Origin: an uncultured Gemmatimonadaceae bacterium
Lineage (GTDB): Bacteria; Gemmatimonadota; Gemmatimonadetes; Gemmatimonadales; Gemmatimonadaceae
Assembly (NCBI GenBank): GCA_963761305.1
Contig: CAVXGK010000002.1
Location: 1 to 64,000, forward strand
Reading direction: 5' to 3'
Length of the DNA stretch: 64,000 nt
Of this stretch, positions 56,687-64,000 are shown one piece after another. Position 1 is the first letter of the stretch. Each line of letters opens with the position of its first letter. The translations under genes were made by a program, and so were the position numbers. The notes beneath the pieces were generated by a model that ran no database searches, was not told the DNA's origin, and saw only the letters and a program-made list of their open reading frames with translations.

Positions 56687-59600
56687 CGGCGGGGGAAAAC
56701 AAGGGGTCGCTGTTCGGCCTGCTCGCGCAGCAGCGCCGATTCATCTACATGGCGACGCTGGTGCTGAGCGCGGCCGGCGTGTGGGTCGCGTACCGGCTGC
56801 CGTCGGCGATCTATCCGGAGCTCGTGTTTTCGCGCATCACGATCGTGGCCGAGGGGACGTCGCTCGGCGCGCGGCAGGTCCTGTTCAGCGTGACGCGCCC
56901 GATCGAAGAGGCGATCAGCATCGTGCCGGGCGTGATTCGCGTGCAGTCGCGATCGATCCGCTCCGGCAGCGAGACGAACGTCACGTTCAGTGCCTCGACC
57001 GACATGGTCTACGCGCTGCAGCAGGTCCAGGCACGCGTGAATCAAATCCGCGGGGATCTTCCCGCGGGGCTCGACATCGAAGTGGAGCGGCTGACGCCGT
57101 CGCTCTTTCCTATTCTCTCGTACAACCTCGAGGGCGGCGACCCGCCGACGCTGTACGACATCGCGCGATATCAGATCAAGCCGCTCATCTCGCGGGTGCC
57201 CGGCGTCGGCCGGGTGGACGTGATGGCGAGCGACGCCCGCGAGATCGAGGTCATCGCCGATCCGGCGCGACTCGCCGCGCAGCAGCTCACGTACGCGGAC
57301 CTCGCGGCGGCGATCCAGGCCTCGACGACCGTCGAAGCGGTCGGGAGGATGCCGCAAGACTATCGGCAGTACCTCATCGTGACGACGACCGAGGCGCACT
57401 CGATCGACGACGTTGCGAACATCGTGGTGAGCAAAGGGCTACGCGTCGGCGATTTGGCGACGGTGCGTTCGGGCACCGAGGACCACACCCGCGTGATCGC
57501 CGGCGACGGGCGACCGGCGGCGCTGCTGAACATCACGCGACAGATCGGTGGCAACACGCTCGAGATCGCCGACAGCGTCGCCCTGATCGCGGCATCGTTG
57601 CGCAAGACGCTGCCGCCGGGATTGATCCTCAAGCCGGTGTACGACCAGGCTTCACTCGTCCGCGAAGCCGTGACGTCGGTGCGCGACGCGATGCTCATCG
57701 GCGCCGGGCTCGCCGTGATCATCCTGCTGCTCTTTCTTCGGCACGCGCGCATCACCGCGATCAGCGCCTCGTCGATTCCGATCACGATGGCCGTGACGGT
57801 CTTCGTGATGTCGCTCATCGGGCAGACGTTCAACCTGATGACGCTCGGCGCGATGGCGATCGCGATCGGTCTGGTGATCGACGACGCCGTGGTCATCACC
57901 GAGAACATCGTCCGGCACTCGCACATCAACCGCGACCGACAAGCGGCGATTCGCGACGCCGTCCAGGAACTGATCTGGCCGGTCACGACCTCGACGATCA
58001 CGACGGTCGTCGTCTTTCTGCCCCTCGGGCTACTCACGGGGGTCGAAGGCCAGTTCTTCCACGCGCTGTCGATCACGTTGACGATCGCGGTGCTCGTGTC
58101 GCTCCTCGTGGCGCTGACGATCATCCCGCTGCTCAGCGAGCAGTTTTTGCGCGAAAAGGACGTCGAAGCCGCGGCCGGGCATTCGACCGACCCATCGGGG
58201 ACCCGCAGGGGCATCGGGGCTCGCATCGGCGGCTGGCTCGACTCGCTCACGCACGGGTACGAACGCGCCTTGGGGGCATCGCTCCGGCATGCGCGCTGGA
58301 TGCTCCTCATCGCGCTGGCGTTGGTCGGCGCCGGCGTGGTCGTCCACGCGTACGTGCCGACGGGATTCCTTCCCGAGATCGACGAGGGCGCGTTCGTGTT
58401 CGATTACTACGCGCCCGGCGGAACGGCGCTCGACGAGACCGACCGCCAGCTTCACATCGTCGAGAAGATCTTCGCCGAGACGCCGGAAATCACGGGCACG
58501 TCGCGGCGGCTCGGCGCGGAGCTCGGTCTGTTCGCCACGCTGCAGAATCGCGGCGACCTGGTCGCCCGGCTCAAACCGGAGAGTGAACGCGACCGTTCGA
58601 CGGCGGAGGTGATCGACGCGGTGCGCCCGAAGATCCAGGCTGCCGTGCCGCGGCTCCGCATCGAGTTCGTGCAGATTCTGTCGGACGTGATCAACGATCT
58701 CGCCGGCGCGGCACGGCCGGTGGAAATCAAGATGTTCGGGGCCGATCTCAACGCGCTCGAGGCGTACGCCAAGTCGCTCGAGCCCAAGCTCTCGAAGGTC
58801 GAGGGACTCGAAGATTTCTTCAGCGGCGTGAGCGAGCCGAGCGCCGAAATGGAAATGACGATCAACAATGCCGAAGCCAATCGAGCCGGCTTGACGCCCG
58901 CTCAGGTCGCCGACGAAGCCAGCGGCGCGCTGCTCGGTGAGCCGGCGGGAGAAATCCGCCTGGACGATCGGTCGGTGGGCATTCGCGTTCGCGCCCCGGA
59001 TTCAGTGCGATACGACTCGAGGCTGCTCGGATCGATTCCGATCTTCTCGGCGCAGACGCACGGGTCGGTGCCGCTCGGGACACTGGCGAGCTTCCAGCCG
59101 ACGGAGACGCGCTCGGAGCTGCTGCGCGAGAATCAGCAGCAGCTCCTCATCGCGACGTCGGATCTCGGGGAGCGCTCGCTCGGCGAAGTGATGTCGGACG
59201 TACGCGAAATCCTCGCGGCGAATCCGCCGCCGCGGGGCATTCGCGTGGAGTTGGGAGGGCAGTACGCCGGGCAACAAGCGGCGTTCAAGGCATTGCTGCT
59301 CGTGCTGGCGCTCGCGGCAGCGAGCGTGATCGCGGTGATGGTGATTCAGTTCCAGTCGTTCATCGAACCGCTGGTGATTCTACTCGCCGCGCCGCTCTCG
59401 TTCGTCGGCGCGATGACGTTGCTGCTCGTCACCGGAACGCCGCTCAACGTGTCGTCGTTCATGGGATTGATCCTGCTGGTCGGTCTGATCGTGAAGAACG
59501 GCATCATCCTGCTCGACTTCACGGGGCATCTCATGCGCAACGAAAACATGGCGCTCGAGCAGGCGGTGCGAGAGGCGGCGAGAATCCGATTGCGGCCGAT

Positions 59601-59811
59601 TCTGATGACGACGCTGTGCACGCTGTTCGGTCTTCTGCCGCTCGCGCTCGGGATCGGGGCAGGGAGCGATCTCCAACGTCCGTTGGCGCTCGCGGTGATC
59701 GGCGGACTGGCGTTGTCGACGCCGATCACGTTGTTCGTCGTCCCGAGCCTCCTGGTCGCGATTCGAGGGCGCGAGTATCGCCGAAGCGGCGAAGCGCTGA
59801 GATCCGGGTGA
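56683..59811 (+). CDS. RND efflux permease (CzcA/CusA-like subgroup)
   Basis: 'LPSAIYPE', 'VTRPIEEA', 'GLVIDDAVVITENI', 'FLPEIDEG', 'GLIVKNGIIL', 'RLRPILMTT', 'QRPLALAVIGGL'. Confidence 0.93.
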   Translation: MTAGENKGSLFGLLAQQRRFIYMATLVLSAAGVWVAYRLPSAIYPELVFSRITIVAEGTSLGARQVLFSVTRPIEEAISIVPGVIRVQSRSIRSGSETNVTFSASTDMVYALQQVQARVNQIRGDLPAGLDIEVERLTPSLFPILSYNLEGGDPPTLYDIARYQIKPLISRVPGVGRVDVMASDAREIEVIADPARLAAQQLTYADLAAAIQASTTVEAVGRMPQDYRQYLIVTTTEAHSIDDVANIVVSKGLRVGDLATVRSGTEDHTRVIAGDGRPAALLNITRQIGGNTLEIADSVALIAASLRKTLPPGLILKPVYDQASLVREAVTSVRDAMLIGAGLAVIILLLFLRHARITAISASSIPITMAVTVFVMSLIGQTFNLMTLGAMAIAIGLVIDDAVVITENIVRHSHINRDRQAAIRDAVQELIWPVTTSTITTVVVFLPLGLLTGVEGQFFHALSITLTIAVLVSLLVALTIIPLLSEQFLREKDVEAAAGHSTDPSGTRRGIGARIGGWLDSLTHGYERALGASLRHARWMLLIALALVGAGVVVHAYVPTGFLPEIDEGAFVFDYYAPGGTALDETDRQLHIVEKIFAETPEITGTSRRLGAELGLFATLQNRGDLVARLKPESERDRSTAEVIDAVRPKIQAAVPRLRIEFVQILSDVINDLAGAARPVEIKMFGADLNALEAYAKSLEPKLSKVEGLEDFFSGVSEPSAEMEMTINNAEANRAGLTPAQVADEASGALLGEPAGEIRLDDRSVGIRVRAPDSVRYDSRLLGSIPIFSAQTHGSVPLGTLASFQPTETRSELLRENQQQLLIATSDLGERSLGEVMSDVREILAANPPPRGIRVELGGQYAGQQAAFKALLLVLALAAASVIAVMVIQFQSFIEPLVILLAAPLSFVGAMTLLLVTGTPLNVSSFMGLILLVGLIVKNGIILLDFTGHLMRNENMALEQAVREAARIRLRPILMTTLCTLFGLLPLALGIGAGSDLQRPLALAVIGGLALSTPITLFVVPSLLVAIRGREYRRSGEALRSG

Positions 59812-59848
59812 CGACTACCGCTGATCTGGCCCACGGGCATCAACGATT

Positions 59849-60013
59849 GGAATACGGACACAAACGGATTCGGACTGACACAAACGGAGAGAGCAAACGC
59901 ATTTGAAAGGATGTTTGGGCCGTCCGCGGTACGCGTGGGCGGCCCTCAGTCGTTCAACAAGCTCTTTGTCCTCTCCGTTTTGTGTCCGTTTCATCCGTTT
60001 GTGTCTGTATTCC
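59849..60013. repeat. ~165-bp palindromic element built from ACAAACGGA-type nonamers, between convergent genes
   Basis: GGAATACGGACACAAACGGAT...GACACAAACGGAGAG (59849..59897) vs reverse complement of 59965..60013; inner GGGCCGTCC/GGGCGGCCC stem. Confidence 0.85.
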
Positions 60014-60086
60014 CCCCGTTACGGCCAGACTTTGCGATCAGACTCCCGGCGGTGCCAAGAACCGATGTCCGGATCCTCGAGCGGCG

Positions 60087-61985
60087 TCAACGAGAGCCGT
60101 TCTGCGCTCGACGAAGCGCTCGAGTCGCTTGTCGCTTGACCCACGCTCGGCCGATCGGCGGCGCTTCGGTGACCAGCGCGGCATCGAGGCGCACGCGATG
60201 TGCGTCGAGCAGATCGGATCGCGTGATGATGCCGACGAGTTGGCGTGGCGCGGCGCGTGACACGACAGCCAGGCGGCCGACCCTCTCGTGCACCATGTGG
60301 TCGGCTGCCTCTCGCAACGTATTCTCCTCGAAGGCGACGGCCGCCGGGCGTCGCACCAGCGTGCGAACCGGCGCTGTCTCGTCGGCACTCGGATCGAGCA
60401 AATCGCGTCGCGTGACGACGCCGATCAACGTGCCGTCGTTCGCGACAACCGGAAAGCCGTGGTGGCTGGTGCCTTCGCCGCGCGTCGAGAGCCAGTCGAG
60501 GACGTCGGTGACCGCCGTGTTCTCGTTGATCGTCACCACGTCGCGGGTCGCGGCGTCGGCGACCGACACGCGATCGAGGAAGTCGGCGCTGTACTCCGTG
60601 CGCACCGGTGTGCCGCGGCGCGCCAGCTTTTCGGTCATGATGGAGCTGCGCATCAACAGCAGCGAGACGAGATATGCCGTGCTGCATCCGGCGAGCAGCG
60701 GAAGAAGACCCATCGGCTGACGCGTCGTCTCGAACGCGAACACGACCGACGCGAGCAACGCGTGCGACGCGCCGGCGAAAATCGAGGCCATGCCGACGAG
60801 CGCCGCGACGTGTGGGTCGACGCCGAGCGACGGCGCGAGCGCGACCGCCGCGGCGCCGAACAGCGCGCCGATCCCGCCGCCGATGGTGAACAACGGCGCG
60901 AGCGTTCCCCCCGACGTGCCGCTGCCGAGGAACACGGACCACGACACGAACTTGAGCGTGATCAGCATGACGAGCGACAAGCCGAGGACTTCGCCGCTGA
61001 GGATGTGATCGATGTTGTCGTAGCCAACGCCGAGCGTTCGTTGATCGACCAGGCCGATCAATCCGACGACGACCGCGCCGATCGCGGGCCACCACATCCA
61101 GTGGATCGGCAGCTCCTCGTACAAGTCTTCGAGTCGATACACGACGCGCGTCACGAAGACCGAGACGAGGCCGATGGTCGCGCCAAGCAACACGTAGACG
61201 CTGAGGGCGGGCAACGACGGGGGAAGTACCGTGGGCATCGTGAACGCCGGCGCCGGACCCGAGTAAGCGACTCGCACTCCGGTCGCCACAACCGACGCCA
61301 GCGCCACGGGCACGAGCGAACGAGGCCTGTACTCGAACAACAGAAGCTCGACGGCGAGGAGCACAGCCGACACGGGACACCCGAAGATCGCCGCCATTCC
61401 GGCCGCGGCGCCGGCGGCGAGCAACGTCTTGCGTTCGTCTGCCGTGACGTGAATCAGCTGTCCGACGAGTGAGCCGAGCGCGCCGCCGGTCGCGATGATC
61501 GGACCTTCGGCGCCGAACGGCCCACCGGTGCCGATCGCCACCGCCGCCGACAGCGGTTTGAGAAACATGATCTTGGGCGAGATGCGGCTGCCCGCGAGCA
61601 GCACGCGCTCCATCACTTCCGGAATGCCGTGGCCGCGAATCGCCGCCGCGCCATAGCGCGCCATGACGCCCACGATGATTCCGCCGACGATCGGAACGAA
61701 AACCGACCAGACGCCCCAGCGCTCGGTCGACGGCGGGCTGAATGCGCCAGAGAGCCGACCGAAATACGCGAGGTTGGTGATGAACCCGATGAGGTGCGTG
61801 AGGATCGCGGCGATCAACGCGCCGGCTGCGCCGACGCCTGCCGCCAACGCGCAAATCACGATGACGCGTCGATCGACCGGAGCGTAGGTTGGCGGTCCCT
61901 GGACGCTGGCGAGCGCGGGTATGAGCGACGGTGCGACAGGGATGCCCCCGGCGGGGTTCAGCTCGCTCGTCTCATTGGCACCCAT
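60087..61985 (-). CDS. ClC-family chloride channel/transporter with two CBS domains
   Basis: 'GHGIPE', 'GGPFGAEGP', 'GAAAGMAAIFG.P', 'SGGTLAP'; CBS 'GFPVV...LIGVVTRRDL', 'LVGIITRSDLL'; TATACT-N7-ATG upstream. Confidence 0.92.
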   Translation of the reverse strand: MGANETSELNPAGGIPVAPSLIPALASVQGPPTYAPVDRRVIVICALAAGVGAAGALIAAILTHLIGFITNLAYFGRLSGAFSPPSTERWGVWSVFVPIVGGIIVGVMARYGAAAIRGHGIPEVMERVLLAGSRISPKIMFLKPLSAAVAIGTGGPFGAEGPIIATGGALGSLVGQLIHVTADERKTLLAAGAAAGMAAIFGCPVSAVLLAVELLLFEYRPRSLVPVALASVVATGVRVAYSGPAPAFTMPTVLPPSLPALSVYVLLGATIGLVSVFVTRVVYRLEDLYEELPIHWMWWPAIGAVVVGLIGLVDQRTLGVGYDNIDHILSGEVLGLSLVMLITLKFVSWSVFLGSGTSGGTLAPLFTIGGGIGALFGAAAVALAPSLGVDPHVAALVGMASIFAGASHALLASVVFAFETTRQPMGLLPLLAGCSTAYLVSLLLMRSSIMTEKLARRGTPVRTEYSADFLDRVSVADAATRDVVTINENTAVTDVLDWLSTRGEGTSHHGFPVVANDGTLIGVVTRRDLLDPSADETAPVRTLVRRPAAVAFEENTLREAADHMVHERVGRLAVVSRAAPRQLVGIITRSDLLDAHRVRLDAALVTEAPPIGRAWVKRQATRALRRAQNGSR

Positions 61986-62020
61986 GATTCGTAGTATAAC
62001 GGCACGAACGGAGAAGGGCA

Positions 62021-63109
62021 CTATCGCGCGATGAGATCGGAGGTGACGTCGGCGAGCGTGGCGCAACCGGCCAACGCCATCGACAGGTCGATCTCGGCGC
62101 GGATCCGCTGGAGCACGGCGCGGACGCCGTTCTCGCCGTCGAGCGTGAGGCCCCACAGAATGGGACGGCCGATCATCACGGCGCGCGCGCCGAGGGCGAT
62201 GGCCTTGAGGACGTCGGTGCCGCGCCGCGCGCCACCGTCGACGTAGACCTCGCAGTCGTTTCCGCGACGGGCGACCGCATCGACGACGGCGGGAAGCATC
62301 GTGATGCCCGCCGGCACGCTGTCGAGCTGGCGTCCGCCGTGGTTCGAGACGACGATCGCTGCCGCCCCGTGGTCGACCGCGAGCATGGCATCGTCGGCGG
62401 CGAGCACGCCCTTGACCACGACGGGCAAGGGCGAGATCGAGCGCAACCACTCGACGTCCTTCCACGTTAGCGCGGGATCCCACTGCGCGGAGATGTACTG
62501 CGCGAGCGACGATCCCGGGCCCGCGCCGCGGCGATGCATCTCCGTGTGCGACTCGGGAAAATTTGCCAGCTCGAGATGCGCCGGCATCCGAAGGTTGTTG
62601 CGAAGATCGCGTTCGCGCGGACCGGCGAGCGGCGTGTCCACCGTAAGGCACAGCGCCGAATAGCCGGCCGCCGCGGCGCGCTCGACGAGACCGCGGGTGA
62701 TGCCTTTGTCTTTGTAGACGTACAGCTGAAACCAGCGCGGGCCGCCGGATGCTTTCGCGATCGACTCGAGGCTGACGTTCGACACGGTGCTCGCGCAGAA
62801 GAGCGTCTGTTCGGCGGCGGTTGCGCGCGCCGTCGCGGACTCGGCTTCGGCGTGACACAGACCCTGGAAACCCATCGGGGGAACGACGACGGGCATCGAG
62901 ATCGGCGTGCCGAGCACGGTGGTGGCCATGGAACGGTCCGCCACGCCGCGCAGCATGCGCGGCAGCAACTGAAAACGCGACCAGGCGGCGCGATTCTCGG
63001 CGAGCGTCCACTCGTCGGCCGCACCACCGGCGATGTAGTCGAAAAGCATCGGGTCGAGGCGCTCGCGCGCTTTGGCCTCGAGCTCGTCGAGGTTGAGGAC
63101 GTTCAGCAT
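62021..63109 (-). CDS. FMN-dependent alpha-hydroxy-acid oxidase
   Basis: 'DYIAGGAADE', 'WFQLY', 'LTVDTP', 'VVKGV', 'SNHGGRQLD', 'DGGARRGTDVLKA'. Confidence 0.95.
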   Translation of the reverse strand: MLNVLNLDELEAKARERLDPMLFDYIAGGAADEWTLAENRAAWSRFQLLPRMLRGVADRSMATTVLGTPISMPVVVPPMGFQGLCHAEAESATARATAAEQTLFCASTVSNVSLESIAKASGGPRWFQLYVYKDKGITRGLVERAAAAGYSALCLTVDTPLAGPRERDLRNNLRMPAHLELANFPESHTEMHRRGAGPGSSLAQYISAQWDPALTWKDVEWLRSISPLPVVVKGVLAADDAMLAVDHGAAAIVVSNHGGRQLDSVPAGITMLPAVVDAVARRGNDCEVYVDGGARRGTDVLKAIALGARAVMIGRPILWGLTLDGENGVRAVLQRIRAEIDLSMALAGCATLADVTSDLIAR

Positions 63110-63185
63110 CGATTCTCCGCTAGAGGCTGTCTAAGTTTCACGGTCTTCGCCGCGGTGTCCACCCGCCGGGATTCGTCTCCAATCG

Positions 63186-64000
63186 ATGCTCGACGTCGTC
63201 ACCCAGTGGGTAGCGCACTACGGCGTCGCGATCGTCGCGGCGTTTCTGTTCATCGAGAGCACCGGCATTCCGGTGCCGGGTGAAACGGCGTTGGTGACCG
63301 CGGCGGCACTCGCCGGCCGCGGGACGTTGTCGATTTTCGCCGTCGTGATCGCGGCGTGCATCGGCACCTTCGTCGGCGGACAGACGGGCTATTGGATCGG
63401 CGCGAAGGAAGGCCGTTCGCTGATCGCGCGCTACGGCCGCTGGATCAAGCTCACCCCCGAGCGCATGCAGCGCACGGAAATCGTCTTCGCGCGCCACGGC
63501 GGCAAGACGGTTCTGCTCGGACGCTTCGTCGCGTTCATGCGGAGCTTCATCGGCATCTTCGCCGGCATCGTCGGCATGCCGGCGGGCAGCTTCGCCGCGT
63601 ACAACGCGGCGGGCGGCGTTCTCTGGGTGCTTTCGTTCAGCGCGTTGGGCTACGCGTTCGGGCGCAATCTGCCGCGGCTCGTCCGGTACATCGGTCGCGT
63701 GAGCCTTGTCGTCGCGACTCTGGTCGCGCTCATCGTCGGCGTCGTGTACGCCTGGAAATGGTTCCAGCGAAACCGAACCAAGGTCGTCGCATCGCTCGAT
63801 CACACCTTCGCGCGCGCCGCGACCAACCCGCGTGTGAGCCGGTGGCGCGGGAATCATCCGCGCGCGTGGCGATACACGTCGGGCAACTTCGCGCGCAGCG
63901 AGTATCTCGCGATTCACCTGGTGGTGGGCTTTCTCGTCAGCCTCACGGTGATCGGCATCTTCGCGTCGATCACCGAAGGACTGGTGGACACGTCGCCGCT
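63186..64000 (+). CDS. DedA family membrane protein, probably DedA-PAP2 fusion; runs off the window (not in ORF track)
   Basis: MLDVVTQWVAHYGVAIVAAFLFIESTGIPVPGET...GYWIG...HGGKTVLLGRFVAFMRS...AG...YNAAGG. Confidence 0.88.
   Translation, partial: MLDVVTQWVAHYGVAIVAAFLFIESTGIPVPGETALVTAAALAGRGTLSIFAVVIAACIGTFVGGQTGYWIGAKEGRSLIARYGRWIKLTPERMQRTEIVFARHGGKTVLLGRFVAFMRSFIGIFAGIVGMPAGSFAAYNAAGGVLWVLSFSALGYAFGRNLPRLVRYIGRVSLVVATLVALIVGVVYAWKWFQRNRTKVVASLDHTFARAATNPRVSRWRGNHPRAWRYTSGNFARSEYLAIHLVVGFLVSLTVIGIFASITEGLVDTSP

Noticed and set aside
61986..62020. Fluoride riboswitch upstream of the ClC gene
   Set aside because: Spacer is only 35 bp, lacks the GGCGATGG...CTGATGAC-type consensus, and the protein lacks CLC-F signatures.
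63105..63190. 10-bp inverted match (AGCATCGATT / AATCGATGCT) spanning the starts of two divergent genes
   Set aside because: Half the match is forced by both genes starting Met-Leu; chance is a sufficient explanation.

Overview
GC-rich bacterial DNA. A Gemmatimonadota-like origin is inferred from gene content only (PEGA-domain kinase, TolB_N/TPR protein, DUF4142, DUF4397, DUF2946-like leader). Left to right: (i) 1-6.7 kb, a cell-surface glycosylation/lipid-modification region with deletion and duplication scars; (ii) two convergent TonB-dependent receptors, one preceded by a His/Cys-rich DUF2946-like leader, then a PafA-type alkaline phosphatase; (iii) several GT-C-like membrane proteins, an FkbM methyltransferase and a polyprenyl-phosphate GT2 next to a complete Tad/Flp pilus operon (22.1-31.6 kb) that runs into a pseudokinase, a TPR protein and a GT87; (iv) a four-helix-bundle (23S rRNA IVP-like) gene bracketed by inward-pointing arrays of a 16-bp repeat, with a gene-less pair of the same arrays 3 kb away; (v) a REC-TrxB fusion plus cNMP histidine kinase, a PLP decarboxylase, two RND efflux systems, a two-component pair split by a PfpI gene, a ClC-CBS protein, an alpha-hydroxy-acid oxidase and a partial DedA. 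Many genes in 1-22 kb are frameshifted (sequencing error and true decay cannot be distinguished here). Intergenic space carries several families of short tandem repeats and long palindromes, and coding DNA next to them appears depleted of C on the + strand. I recognised no rRNA, tRNA, CRISPR array, transposase or reverse transcriptase. The best candidate for an undescribed system is the four-helix-bundle / inverted repeat-array element, its empty derivative and its apparent local mutational footprint.
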